Positions 50,015 through 60,543 of a stretch of 64,000 nucleotides of DNA are shown piece by piece. Every line of letters begins with the position of its first letter. The stretch's first letter is position 1. Under the pieces are notes generated by a model that saw only the letters and a program-made list of their open reading frames with translations, was not told the DNA's origin and searched no databases. A program made the translations under genes and the position numbers. The DNA comes from an uncultured Candidatus Bathyarchaeia archaeon. GTDB lineage: Archaea > Thermoproteota > CALKCG01 > B24 > JAWCPE01. The stretch covers positions 22,090 through 86,089 of the forward strand of contig CAYRUY010000001.1 of NCBI GenBank assembly GCA_964427455.1, given 5' to 3'.

Positions 50015-51028
50015 CTACCCTGACTGTTGGGGTACTAGCCCCCTCTTAGGATGCAGCTCGTACGGTGTCCACGCGGTCTTGTGAAGCGCTCCCCTCATCT
50101 TCGAGATGCGGAGCGCGTTTCGAAGCCCTGCCTCGGTCTCTTGCCTTCGCACTTCGATGACGCCGTCGACCATGTCCTGCACCGCGGCCACGATGGCGGG
50201 GTGGAACGCCTTACTGTTCAGTTTGATCCATAGGTCAGCTTTGAAGCTCCTCGTCTTCGCGACAAGCACTCTTAGAAACTCGAGAGAGGGCTTGACACCG
50301 CACTTCTGCAGAAGCGTCGTGAAGGAGTCTAGGACCACGCTCGTCGCCCCTTCTCGTCCACGCTCCGTTAGTGCCGTCGTGATCGTTATGCTCAAGATGG
50401 ATAGCTCCTGGCTGTCGCAGGAGTAACGCTCCCGGCTCTCGAGGCCGATCTGGCAGGAGTATGAATCGATGAAGGCGAGACGGTTCTCAGCCTCGAACCT
50501 CTTCACATCGCACCCCATCGCCGAGAGCGACGCCCTCACTTCTTCAGGGAAATCGTCCAACGCCACGTAGATGCTTGCATCTCCTCTCTTCAGAGACTCG
50601 GCCAGAAAGCTCTGGCAGAGCATGGTCTTACCACCTCCGGCTTCGCCAGTGACGACCACGACAGACGGAGACGGATAGGAGCTTTCCAGCGATACATCGA
50701 CGACGGCCACCCCCGTCTTCCTTCCCTCCCTCCTCGACGATGCTTGAGCGTCAGCCAGCGATGCCGCTGGGTCAAGTTCCAAGCAGATCAAGCGTTGGAT
50801 CTCCCGGTCGCGCTCGTTGATGAACGAGTACACCTCAGACCTAGTGAAGAGACCGAGTTCCCGGAGCTCTTCGAGGTCCTCTTTTACCGCCTCGGGGCTT
50901 CGGCCCAGCCGGTTCGCAAGTCCTTCAGAGGTGTCTTTCAGGTCTGGCTCTCTATGAAAGAGCGTTAGCAGCTCAGCCTTGCCCTCGGAGTCGATGAGCT
51001 TCTCGAAGAGCCTAGCGCTCCCCTTCAA
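50015..51028 (-). CDS. Winged-helix domain fused to a KaiC/RAD55-like ATPase
   Basis: N-terminal HTH (LANRLGRSPEAVKEDLEEL); GEAGGGKT, VVLDS, VDGVIE and ISKMRG; TTG start overlaps the V4R stop codon. Confidence 0.85.
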   Translation of the reverse strand: MKGSARLFEKLIDSEGKAELLTLFHREPDLKDTSEGLANRLGRSPEAVKEDLEELRELGLFTRSEVYSFINERDREIQRLICLELDPAASLADAQASSRREGRKTGVAVVDVSLESSYPSPSVVVVTGEAGGGKTMLCQSFLAESLKRGDASIYVALDDFPEEVRASLSAMGCDVKRFEAENRLAFIDSYSCQIGLESRERYSCDSQELSILSITITTALTERGREGATSVVLDSFTTLLQKCGVKPSLEFLRVLVAKTRSFKADLWIKLNSKAFHPAIVAAVQDMVDGVIEVRRQETEAGLRNALRISKMRGALHKTAWTPYELHPKRGLVPQQSG

Positions 51029-51567
51029 ACGCGCCGCTTCACCTCGAACTGGCAACTGGCTTCACCTTGCGCCTTGCAGCCTGTTTCCACTGCGTGTACA
51101 TCCACGCCGAGTAGGACGCTCGCGAACCCCGCTACCACACCTCTTATGAAGTGGCAAACGGGGCCATCTGACATGCGGACATGACTGCACTCGAGACAGC
51201 CTTGGAGACTCACGTCACATGTGGCTGAGACAGGGTCTATACGCGAGAACCTCATCTTGCCCCAGTTGTTTCTCACAGCCAGTTCCTCGACGAGCTGTAC
51301 TAGGGCGGGATCTCCATCGTCTAGCCTCAAGTCCTTCTTCACAGCGGTGCACCAGGCCTTTGCCCCCTCTCTGGACAAATGGTACAGGACCGCGGTTCCA
51401 CCGTCGCCCAGAAGGTTCCTTAGAGCAACCGATATGTGAAGCAGGAGACTGGCCGGAACGCTGACACTGTTGGCTGTCAGAACTCTTTCAGCGAGCGCGC
51501 CTGGGTCTGCGCCGCGAAGCGGCTTTCCATGAGCCTCCTGCTCCGCGTCAACATCCCGAGCTTTCAT
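51025..51567 (-). CDS. V4R (4-vinyl reductase) ligand-binding domain protein; start uncertain
   Basis: NWG, CLEC, PVCHFIRGVVAG and ETGCKAQGEASCQF motifs. Confidence 0.85.
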   Translation of the reverse strand: MKARDVDAEQEAHGKPLRGADPGALAERVLTANSVSVPASLLLHISVALRNLLGDGGTAVLYHLSREGAKAWCTAVKKDLRLDDGDPALVQLVEELAVRNNWGKMRFSRIDPVSATCDVSLQGCLECSHVRMSDGPVCHFIRGVVAGFASVLLGVDVHAVETGCKAQGEASCQFEVKRRV

Positions 51568-52315
51568 TGTCCCGCCAGCCATGGCCAACACAGTATCCTC
51601 TTCTCCAAGAGGCTCTCTCCGAGACGAGCCATACTGGCCCGCATTCCAAGGATCGAGCGACCCCCTTGCCTCACGGCACAGCTCCTTTAGACCCCTAATC
51701 GTCGGAGCGTTGACCCTCCCGGCTTGATCCTCGTCAAGCGGTCGACCCCTACACTTGGATATCCTCGTTGAGACGACGCGGCGGTACGCCCGCCTAGAAA
51801 CCCGTCTTTGACGTGGCCCCTTGGCGTCCGAGACACTCTCGGGCACATCTCTTAAGAGATGCTACGAAACAGAATCTGACGCGGGAATGGCGCTTCCGGT
51901 CGAGGTCGGTCGCAGGGGTGTTAGCCCTACACTTCCCTCAGTTCGAAGAAGCTCCGTCAAGCAGGTTCATGTGGACTAAGGCTGTCAAGATGTGCCCGTT
52001 CTGCGAGGAGGGTAGGCAGTCTTCATTCAAGACGCCCTGACCCCTCGGAAAACGGGTGCCGGCTCGACTATTCGACGCTCTCCTGTTTATCCTTTCTAGC
52101 TGAAACTCAGAACCGCTGTCTCATTAGCATTCGAGGCCCATCCCGTTCCTGCGGAGGAACTCATCGACCCACGACCTAGTCTGGGAAGCGGACACGCCAA
52201 CCCCACATCGGACGGGATGGGCAAATCGATAAAAGCGCCTTCACGTGCTGGTAGCATCTGACTATCACGGAACCGCTAGCTAGAGGCGGGGTGGCTACGC
52301 TGGAGGCCTAGGCTT

Positions 52316-53242
52316 TTGAGGGAGAAGAGAACTATCAGGTTTCGAAATCCCTTCGTTGAAGAGGGATTGTGGCTGAAGGGGAACCTTCACGCTCACACAG
52401 CTGAGTCTGACGGGGTGCTCTCTCCTCGACAAACAGCATATCTCTACCGGCGATCCGGCTATGATTTCTTGGCTATAACGGACCATGGGAGACTGACTGA
52501 CGTGAGTGGGCTCCAAGAGGAGGGGCTCACGCTGCTCCCGGGTGAGGAGCTCTCAGTGGGCCTGTCAGAGGCCGGGACAACGTTCCACGTTGTGGGCATC
52601 AACATCCGCGAGCCTGTTAGAGTCCAAGATGGAAGCGCGGATGACGACCCTCAAACGGTCGTCGATGAGATCACGGCTCAGGCCGGCGTTGCGCTAGTTT
52701 GTCACCCATACTGGTCGTCGCTCACCGTCAACGACCTTCTGCGACTGAACGGCTATGTGGGCATCGAGGTCTTCAACAGCAGCTGCTTCCTGAGCATTGG
52801 AAGAGGCTATTCGCTGGTTCACTGGGACGACCTCTTGGTCAGGGGGCGGATGGTTTACGGCTTCGCAACGGACGACGCCCACTGGCATTTCAGCGACCAC
52901 AGGCCTGTCGACACTTGTGTTGCGTGGGTCATGGTCAAGGCCCGGAGCCGTACTGCTACAGACATCGTCAAAGCGATCGGCGAGGGGTTCTTCTATTCGA
53001 GCCAAGGCCCCGAGATCAAGGAGGTAGCCGTCGAGGCTGACAGGATCAGCGTCGAGACATCTCCGGTCAAGGCGATAAACTTCATGTCCAACCCAGACCT
53101 CGGTGAGAGATTCACGGCGGGCGAGGGCCAACTCATAACAGCTGCGAGCTACACTCTCCGGGGCCAAGAGACGTACGTTCGCGTAGAATGCACTGACCAA
53201 CTCTCCAGGTCTGCTTGGACCAATCCCATATTCTGTACATAA
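52316..53242 (+). CDS. PHP-domain metallohydrolase (CehA/McbA-like)
   Basis: KGNLHAHTAESDG, AITDH, HPYWS, DDAH, GFFYSSQGP and AWTNPI motifs. Confidence 0.88.
   Translation: MREKRTIRFRNPFVEEGLWLKGNLHAHTAESDGVLSPRQTAYLYRRSGYDFLAITDHGRLTDVSGLQEEGLTLLPGEELSVGLSEAGTTFHVVGINIREPVRVQDGSADDDPQTVVDEITAQAGVALVCHPYWSSLTVNDLLRLNGYVGIEVFNSSCFLSIGRGYSLVHWDDLLVRGRMVYGFATDDAHWHFSDHRPVDTCVAWVMVKARSRTATDIVKAIGEGFFYSSQGPEIKEVAVEADRISVETSPVKAINFMSNPDLGERFTAGEGQLITAASYTLRGQETYVRVECTDQLSRSAWTNPIFCT
53207..53223 (+). repeat. 17-bp direct repeat AGGTCTGCTTGGACCAA, left copy (3' end of PHP gene)
   Basis: Identical to 56247-56263; the two copies flank the GH38 gene. Confidence 0.85.
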
Positions 53243-53445
53243 TGGACCCAAAGCCGTGAACGGTGAACCTAAGAGCTACGAGGACGCGGAAGCCCAAGAC
53301 GCCTTAGGGCCCTCACCGCCAACCATTCACTGTCTGCATTTTCTCAGTTGCGTAATGATACAAGGTCATGCTGCAGACACAAAGCTCATACTTATGGAAC
53401 TGATCGGCGGATTGCCTCTTGAGATGGTACGCGTCCACCTGTTTC

Positions 53446-56001
53446 TTAAGCCTGTATGATTTTCAACGTTTTTATCTCATACTTGGAGATTGGCACCTCG
53501 ATGGCTCCTTCTTCGATAGGTATCTCTGAGGTCTCGCTCTCCATGAGGTCATTCTCCGTCGCACCTTTGAAAGATTCGGCTACGCGGATCACCGCTCTCG
53601 TATCTTTCCCGGATGTTTCGTAGAATCTGAGGATGATATCATCCGAGTCTTCGGCTTTCTTGATTACGGTGAGAATTATGTTTTCCGGTTGAGCTGAGAT
53701 GAAACTGTGAACTTTGGGCAGATCTCCTTCATGAGTGCGTTCGATAAGGGGTATCAGAGGATAGTTGAATTCGTATGCTTTTCTGGCCGTCAAAGCCTCC
53801 CTAGAATCAGAGCTATGGGGATATAGCGCATAGTCGACTTGGTGCTCTCCTTGGTCGGTTAATTCAGTCTCTTTGTCCACAGTAAGACCGAAATGTGCGC
53901 GCAACTCGTCCGGGGTTCTGGCACTTCTGAAAAGGGTCATTCTGATCAAGTTGTTAGCGTTGTCAAAGCCGTACTTGCAGTCGTTCAGAAGGCTTACACC
54001 GTATCTTCCATCTTCGCCGGTGTGATCTATCCACTTCTGGCCGGGAACTTCATATTTGGCTCTCTCAGCTAATGTTGCGTTAGGTGAGATGGGGTTTCGA
54101 CGCGTGACAAAACCGTAGGGAGCCTCGTAGGTTGTGAAGTCGCTTTGAACGTTTAACGGAAAAGCCACCTTTGCAAGCCTGTGCTCACTATGCCAGTCTA
54201 CATGTAGCTTGAAGTTCACCTGAGGAACCTTGTGGTAAAGCATTATCTCCTGAACGAACATCGTGTCCGGTCGGCCTTCCTGGGCGTACTTATACTTCAC
54301 CAAGACCCGCCCTCTGACCGGTCCCTTCTCTGCGAGCTTTACCTCGACCGGGTCTTTCAATTCGACGTATCTGACTCCTCCAGGTTGCTGGTAGATGTAT
54401 AGTTCCCAGGCGTCAAAGATTGCAGCGTCTATCGGAAAGATGATGCTGGTTCTCCCACTGACAGGGTAGTCTTCGTATATCTGAACTCGATTTCCGCCGT
54501 CTTGCAAGACCTCTTTCCTGTTGTTTTTGTCGAATATGCGACTTACCAGCCCCGTCAGTTTATCGACTTCAACTACGAAGAACTCGTTTTCAAGTTTGAT
54601 CTCCCTCTCCGCCGCTTCAGAGGACAGATTCGTCAAGGGTCTTGTCTTCTGAGCTGTTCGTTTGGCTCTGTATTCCTTATAGCCGATTGGGGGAACTTCC
54701 TCCGCTATGAAGACAGCGTTCCTCTCTTCTTCTATTCTTTGTGAAGGGATTATCCGTCCTCGTTCATCATAGATCTCGACTTCATCCCCCAACTCGTCTA
54801 TTGGCACCTCAACCACATCGGTCCTGGACCATGAGAGAGGGTTAAAGACCAGAAGGCATTTACCCTCCCCGGCGGTATCGACTCTGGATGCTATGGCCTT
54901 CACAGACCTCGAGATTACCGAGTTCGCCACCCTAAGGATATACTCGAAACATTCCTCTGAGTCTTCATAGACTTCAGGAATAGAAGATCCAGGGAGTACG
55001 TCGTGGAACTGGTTCAACAGTAGCTTCTTCCAAGCCTCGTTAAGTTCTTTACCGGGATACTCATAACCGTATTTTCGTGCTATAGTTGAGAATTTCTCCG
55101 CTGTCTCCAACAGGCACTCTGCTTTCCTATTGCTCTTCTTAACTCTCGCTTGAGTTGTGTATGTTCCTCGGTGGTATTGGAGGTACAATTCGTCGTTAAT
55201 TTCTGGAATCTCCTTTCCCTCAGTCTTCCTGGTGAAAACATTAAAGTACTCTCTCGCTGTCAGGAACCTACCGTCTATCGGCTTTTTCCCTTGGACGTAT
55301 TCCAACGCTCTTTCGATCATGTCTTCTGTAACCCCGCCTCCGTGATCTCCCCTTCCGAAGAGAACGAGAAGATCGCTTAACCGTTGACGAGAACTAAGCA
55401 TATTCATCTGCTGAAGCATCGCCGTGTCTGTCACGGGTTCACTATACGTTCCAACGGTTTGATGGGTAAGGATCGACGAGCCGTCTGGAGCCGTCCATTT
55501 GAAGAAGTGGTATGGAAAAAGTGTGGCATCGTTCCAGTTCATTTTCTGCGTCAGAAAGAATTCCATGCCTGATTTTCTCATTACTTGAGGCAGAGTCCAA
55601 GCGTATCCGAAGGAGTCGGGCATCCACGCAATCTTAACATCGACGCCGAACTTTTCCTTAAAGTACCTTTTTCCGTAAAGGTACTGTCTTACGAGGGATT
55701 CCCCTGAAGGTAGATTGCCGTCGGGTTCAACCCATGTTCCGCCGACGATCTCCCAGCGTCCTTCCTCCACTCTCCTCTTCACTTTCTCGAAGGTTTCCGG
55801 ATACTTCTCCTCTAACCACTCATAATACTGAGCACTGCTTTGAGAGAAGCAGAAGTCAGGATATTTCTCCATCAGTTTGAGGATCGTTTCGCAGGTATCG
55901 TGAAAGACCTCTACCGTTTCCCTGAACGTCCATAGCCAAGCAGCATCTATGTGGCTATGCCCTAGAAAGTAGCACGTTCCACCAATATTTCTCAAACTCA
56001 T
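53446..56001 (-). CDS. Alpha-mannosidase, glycoside hydrolase family 38
   Basis: GHSHIDAAWLW, WMPDSFG, GDHGGG, ELYLQYHRGTYT and QFHDVLPGSSI motifs; visibly AT-richer than its flanks. Confidence 0.93.
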   Translation of the reverse strand: MSLRNIGGTCYFLGHSHIDAAWLWTFRETVEVFHDTCETILKLMEKYPDFCFSQSSAQYYEWLEEKYPETFEKVKRRVEEGRWEIVGGTWVEPDGNLPSGESLVRQYLYGKRYFKEKFGVDVKIAWMPDSFGYAWTLPQVMRKSGMEFFLTQKMNWNDATLFPYHFFKWTAPDGSSILTHQTVGTYSEPVTDTAMLQQMNMLSSRQRLSDLLVLFGRGDHGGGVTEDMIERALEYVQGKKPIDGRFLTAREYFNVFTRKTEGKEIPEINDELYLQYHRGTYTTQARVKKSNRKAECLLETAEKFSTIARKYGYEYPGKELNEAWKKLLLNQFHDVLPGSSIPEVYEDSEECFEYILRVANSVISRSVKAIASRVDTAGEGKCLLVFNPLSWSRTDVVEVPIDELGDEVEIYDERGRIIPSQRIEEERNAVFIAEEVPPIGYKEYRAKRTAQKTRPLTNLSSEAAEREIKLENEFFVVEVDKLTGLVSRIFDKNNRKEVLQDGGNRVQIYEDYPVSGRTSIIFPIDAAIFDAWELYIYQQPGGVRYVELKDPVEVKLAEKGPVRGRVLVKYKYAQEGRPDTMFVQEIMLYHKVPQVNFKLHVDWHSEHRLAKVAFPLNVQSDFTTYEAPYGFVTRRNPISPNATLAERAKYEVPGQKWIDHTGEDGRYGVSLLNDCKYGFDNANNLIRMTLFRSARTPDELRAHFGLTVDKETELTDQGEHQVDYALYPHSSDSREALTARKAYEFNYPLIPLIERTHEGDLPKVHSFISAQPENIILTVIKKAEDSDDIILRFYETSGKDTRAVIRVAESFKGATENDLMESETSEIPIEEGAIEVPISKYEIKTLKIIQA

Positions 56002-56246
56002 TTTTCATCCTCCGATACCGCGCCTCGCCTTTAGTCGCTCAATAGTTTCTGCCATAAAAGCCTTATCCTATCTCGTTGCTCCGTGACGATGTTACGTTAT
56101 TTGGAAGCTAGGGGTTGCGCTCCTCAAGAGTATCACGCTGCATTCAATCTGGTAAGGACGAGGCGGGTGAGGGCAAAGGAGATGGTGACGCATACAATCC
56201 ACCTCAGATGAATGGACGTGGGTCCACTCTGATCGTTATTCGGGCT

Positions 56247-56263
56247 AGGTCTGCTTGGACCAA
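56247..56263 (+). repeat. 17-bp direct repeat, right copy (orphan PHP C-terminal fragment RSAWTNPI)
   Basis: Identical to 53207-53223; continues as NPIY with synonymous changes. Confidence 0.85.
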
Positions 56264-56394
56264 CCCTATCTATCTGGGGATGAACCTCTCTATGCGCTCC
56301 ATCGCCGGCTCTACCCGGACCCGAAGGAGATAACTTATGTACTGAGCGAGCGCAGCTCTGGAGAGTAGTCCTGATTTGGAGAGATCTTCTCAAG

Positions 56395-58605
56395 GTGAAG
56401 GCGAAGATGGCATCTGAACATCAAAAGGCGGAGTCACAAGCCGCGGGTCCTGCTGCTGCGTACGAGGACTTCACGTTACCCATTGACGTCCGAGTGGACG
56501 ACCTCGTCTCGAAGATGACTCTGGAGGAGAAAATCTCCCAGATGCTCCACGACGCTCCTGCCATCGAGCGGCTCGGTCTTCCAAGGTACAACTGGTGGAA
56601 CGAGTGCTTGCACGGCGTCGGACGAGCGGGGGTTGCAACCGTCTTTCCGCAAGCCATCAGCCTGGCAGCGACCTGGAACAAAGAGTTGATGCACCGTGTT
56701 GCAGTGGCGATTTCCGACGAGGCCCGAGCAAAGCACCATGACGCACTCCGAAAGGGGATCCGCGAAGAGTACCTGGGCTTGACCTTCTGGTCGCCGAACA
56801 TCAACATCCTCCGCGATCCCCGTTGGGGGCGTGGCCAAGAGACCTACGGGGAGGACCCGTATCTGACGGCCCGCCTGGCGGTGGCCTTTGTGAAAGGACT
56901 TCAAGGAGATGATCCGCACTACCTCAAAGTCATCGCCACCCCCAAACATTTCGCCGTCCACAGCGGGCCGGAGCAGGACCGGCACCGCTTCGACGCTCAG
57001 GTCGATGAGCGAGACCTGCAGGAGACCTACCTTCCCGCCTTCGAGGCCTGCGTGAAGGAAGCCAATGCCGCTTCCATCATGGGAGCCTACAACCGGACCA
57101 ACGGCGAGCCCTGCTGCGCCAGCCCGACGCTGCTGGAGAGAACCCTGCGTCGGAAGTGGGGCTTTGACGGCTACGTGGTCTCTGATTGTGGGGCTATCCG
57201 CGACATCTACATGCATCATAGAACCGTGAGAACCGCGGCGGAAGCAGCAGCGATAGCGGTCAAAGCGGGCTGCGACCTGAACTGTGGCCAGACCTACGGG
57301 GCGTTGCTCGACGCCATGAAGCAAGGCTTGATCTCCGAAGAGATGATCGATCGGGCTGTCAAGAGGCTTTTCACGGCTCGTTTCCGCCTAGGGATGTTCG
57401 ACCCACCCGAGGTGGTCGTGTATGCTCAGATCCCGATCGAAGTGAACGACTCGTTGGAACATCGTGCTTTGGCGCTGCAGGCGGCCCGGGAGTCCATCGT
57501 GCTGCTCAAGAACGACGATGGTCTCCTGCCCCTCAGCAAAGACCTCAAGTCCATTGCCGTTATCGGGCCCAACGCCGATGACACCGCTGTGTTGCTGGGA
57601 AACTATCACGGCACTCCTTCCAGCGCGGTCACGCCCCTAGGAGGCGTTCGCGCGAAAGTCTCGCCGGGGACCGAAGTGCTCTATGCCCAAGGGTGCGACA
57701 TACTAGACGAAGAGGCCCAGGGCTATGCGGAGGCCGTGGCATTGGCTGAACGAGCTGATGCCGTCATCGTTGTAGCCGGCCTTTCCCAACACCTCGAGGG
57801 CGAAGAGGGACAGACGGAAGGCGTAAGCGGTGGCAGGCGAAGCCAGGGCGACCGCATCGACCTAGACTTACCCAGCGTCCAAGAAGGATTGCTCAAGGCC
57901 GTTCACACAACGAGGAAACCTGTGGTCCTGGTTCTGATCAACGGTAGTGCGCTTTCCATAAACTGGGCGAAGGAACACGTGCCCGCCATCGTGGAGGCCT
58001 GGTATCCAGGCGAGGAAGGCGGCACCGCGATCGCCGACGTGCTCTTCGGCGACTACAACCCCGGCGGGCGGCTACCGGTCACGTTCTACAAGTCGGTGAA
58101 GGATCTGCCACACTTTGAAGATTATCGGATGGAAGGCCGGACCTACCGCTACTTCCGCGGGGAGCCGTTGTTCCCGTTCGGCTATGGGCTGAGCTACACC
58201 AGCTTCGCGTACAGCGATCTTCGGTTGAACGCTACGACTATCACTCCAGACGAGACTCTCACCGTCAGCGCGGATGTGCAGAACGTGGGCGACCGCGCCG
58301 GCGACGAAGTAGTGCAGTTGTACACTACCGACGTCGCTGCGTCGGCTCCGGTACCCATCCGGCAACTCCAGGGGTTCAAGCGCATCCATCTTGCGTCAAG
58401 TGAAAAGAGAACGGCCACCTTAACCTTGACACCTCGCCAACTCTCGTTGATCGACGACAAGGGGCGACGGGTGGTTGAACCCGGCGAGTTCCAAGTAGCC
58501 GTAGGTGAGCGCCAACCTACGCCTAAGGATCTCGCAAAGCAGGAGTATGCCGCTGTTATAATCGAGACCTTTCGCGTGACTGGTGAGCTGACCGAGGTCA
58601 CTTAA
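56395..58605 (+). CDS. Glycoside hydrolase family 3 (beta-xylosidase/beta-glucosidase)
   Basis: WWNECLHG, RDPRWGRGQETYGEDP, KHF, VVSDC, WYPGEEGG, PFGYGLSY and FnIII-like C-terminus. Confidence 0.93.
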   Translation: MKAKMASEHQKAESQAAGPAAAYEDFTLPIDVRVDDLVSKMTLEEKISQMLHDAPAIERLGLPRYNWWNECLHGVGRAGVATVFPQAISLAATWNKELMHRVAVAISDEARAKHHDALRKGIREEYLGLTFWSPNINILRDPRWGRGQETYGEDPYLTARLAVAFVKGLQGDDPHYLKVIATPKHFAVHSGPEQDRHRFDAQVDERDLQETYLPAFEACVKEANAASIMGAYNRTNGEPCCASPTLLERTLRRKWGFDGYVVSDCGAIRDIYMHHRTVRTAAEAAAIAVKAGCDLNCGQTYGALLDAMKQGLISEEMIDRAVKRLFTARFRLGMFDPPEVVVYAQIPIEVNDSLEHRALALQAARESIVLLKNDDGLLPLSKDLKSIAVIGPNADDTAVLLGNYHGTPSSAVTPLGGVRAKVSPGTEVLYAQGCDILDEEAQGYAEAVALAERADAVIVVAGLSQHLEGEEGQTEGVSGGRRSQGDRIDLDLPSVQEGLLKAVHTTRKPVVLVLINGSALSINWAKEHVPAIVEAWYPGEEGGTAIADVLFGDYNPGGRLPVTFYKSVKDLPHFEDYRMEGRTYRYFRGEPLFPFGYGLSYTSFAYSDLRLNATTITPDETLTVSADVQNVGDRAGDEVVQLYTTDVAASAPVPIRQLQGFKRIHLASSEKRTATLTLTPRQLSLIDDKGRRVVEPGEFQVAVGERQPTPKDLAKQEYAAVIIETFRVTGELTEVT

Positions 58606-58708
58606 CAGACGAAGCTTTCAGTCGCGCAGACTGAAAGCATTTCAGCCCCTCATTGGTCAAATGCTTTTAAGAACCGGTGAATCCTCTCCCGTCGGTTGGA
58701 GAATAGAA

Positions 58709-59674
58709 GTGAGTTTCCCCGTTGAGCTTCTCTCCCGTATAGCGGACACCCAAGGAGGCCGGCCGCGTGTCCCCGTCGGTCTCTCCAGAGTTGGGGTTAG
58801 GAACCTAAAGCTGAGCCTCCGCATCGCGGGCAAGAAGGGAGACATCTCGCTGTTCCCTACCGTGGACATATTCGTCGACCTGCCCCGGGAGAAGAGAGGT
58901 GTCCACCTCTCAAGGGACCCGGAGAGCCTCTACGAGGCCCTCGCGGAGCAGGGCCTCGCCAAGAGCGTCAGCGTTGAGGAGTTCTGCGAGACCGTAGCCT
59001 TGCGCGTGTTGAAGAACCATGAGTATGCTAGCAGGGCGGAGGTAAGGTTGAGAAGCGACTACGTGACAGTAAGGCAGGAACCAGGCTCGGCGCTGACAAC
59101 GCAAGAGCCATGCAAGATCTTCGCCATAGCGACCGCAGCAAGAGAGGCGGAGAGCGTGAAGGTCTCCCGTGTGGTAGGAGTGAGGGTGACGGGCTTCACG
59201 GCCTGCCCCTGCACCCAGGAGCTGATGAAGACCCTGATCGGAGAGAGGCTCAACAGCCTCGGGTATCACAGGGAAGATAGAGAGAAGATCCTGAGCTTCG
59301 TCCCGTTGATGACTCACACGCAGAGAACGAAGGGGACGATCCTCATGCAGGTGCCGCACGACCGCTCCGTCAACCTAGAAGACCTTGTAGAGATCCTTGA
59401 GGAATCGATGAGTGCTCCAACCCACACGCTCCTGAAGAGAGCCAACGAGGTGGCCGTGGTGGAGAAAGCGGCCGCAAGGCCTAGGTTCGCGGAGGATGTC
59501 GTCCGAGAAGCTCTCTTCTTGATCACGAAGCGCTACCGGGACTTTCCGAACGATGTCCGTGTCTTCGTGCAGTCGCTCAGCCAAGAGAGCGTCCATAAAC
59601 ACGACACGGTCGCTGAGAGGGTCGCTAGCCTCGGGGATGTCCGCAAGGAGATAAGCGAGGCCTCTATCGAGTAG
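58709..59674 (+). CDS. mptA: GTP cyclohydrolase IV (MptA/FolE2 family)
   Basis: DTQ, RVGV, VDLP..KRGVHLSR, TACPC, THTQR, LLKR..E and ESVHKH motifs; start refined to GTG 58709. Confidence 0.9.
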   Translation: MSFPVELLSRIADTQGGRPRVPVGLSRVGVRNLKLSLRIAGKKGDISLFPTVDIFVDLPREKRGVHLSRDPESLYEALAEQGLAKSVSVEEFCETVALRVLKNHEYASRAEVRLRSDYVTVRQEPGSALTTQEPCKIFAIATAAREAESVKVSRVVGVRVTGFTACPCTQELMKTLIGERLNSLGYHREDREKILSFVPLMTHTQRTKGTILMQVPHDRSVNLEDLVEILEESMSAPTHTLLKRANEVAVVEKAAARPRFAEDVVREALFLITKRYRDFPNDVRVFVQSLSQESVHKHDTVAERVASLGDVRKEISEASIE

Positions 59675-59737
59675 CGTGAACCTGGTCGGCAGATCCATCG
59701 TCGCATCCTAGCTGAAACGCGTGCCCCCAGCCCTGAG

Positions 59738-60529
59738 CTATGGGTATAGGTCTCTCAGCTCTCTGCCCTGCGCGTCCTTGAAACCTTCGATTCTCTCTCC
59801 ATGCCACGTAGCGTTCAGTAGCCTGATCTCGGCTCTGGACGCGAGCCATTCGAGAAGCTCCTTGCAGATCCTCAGCTTTGTAAGCTTCGCCTCGACAGAT
59901 CGGACGCGCCTCTTCGAGTAAGGACCGATCACACGGCCGAGGTCCATCCCGGCGAGGGCGATGGTCTCCGCGCCCATGGCGTAGGCGAGGAACGCTGCTC
60001 TGTCACCGTCTGTGAAGCCGCCGAAGTTGTACACCCTTGGCTGAGGCTCCACCTGGGTCGTGCCCAAGGCAGAGGCCAGCATCGGCACGTACCTTCTCAG
60101 CCGCGGGATGTTGTCTCCGTGGCCGTGGACCACGAGAACCGCACCCCTCTCGTAGGCCGCTAGGATGTCGCGCATCAGACCGTCCAAGTCGGTGACAATG
60201 ACATCTGGGATTCTCCCGAGTCTGAGTAGCGCGGTCGTCGCACCGTTTGCCGCCATGATGACCCATCGCGTTGAGAGAGCCGACACGCCGATCTCGCTCA
60301 GGTTTCGTTCAAGGGAAGGTCCAGCCCCGAGGACTAGTACCGGGCGCTCTTCGGTCTTCTCTTCGAGAACGGCGGGGCTCAGGTCCTTGCCCTCGAGGAG
60401 CCTGCTGAGAACCTTCGTCGCGAGTTCATCTCGGGACCTGTCCAGCCTAAGGTCTCTCGCGATCTTCCAGTACCAAGGCATCCATACGTCGATAGTGACG
60501 GCAAGACTCTCGGGCATCGTTGCTTCCAC
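59738..60529 (-). CDS. mptE: 6-hydroxymethyl-7,8-dihydropterin pyrophosphokinase
   Basis: GAGPSL, VTDLDG, HGHGDN and NFGGFTDGDRA motifs. Confidence 0.9.
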   Translation of the reverse strand: MEATMPESLAVTIDVWMPWYWKIARDLRLDRSRDELATKVLSRLLEGKDLSPAVLEEKTEERPVLVLGAGPSLERNLSEIGVSALSTRWVIMAANGATTALLRLGRIPDVIVTDLDGLMRDILAAYERGAVLVVHGHGDNIPRLRRYVPMLASALGTTQVEPQPRVYNFGGFTDGDRAAFLAYAMGAETIALAGMDLGRVIGPYSKRRVRSVEAKLTKLRICKELLEWLASRAEIRLLNATWHGERIEGFKDAQGRELRDLYP

Positions 60530-60543
60530 GCCCTTCTCTTCGC

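Noticed and set aside
51813..52040. 75-aa ORF containing CPFC
   Set aside because: Single Cys pair, no convincing start or ribosome-binding site.
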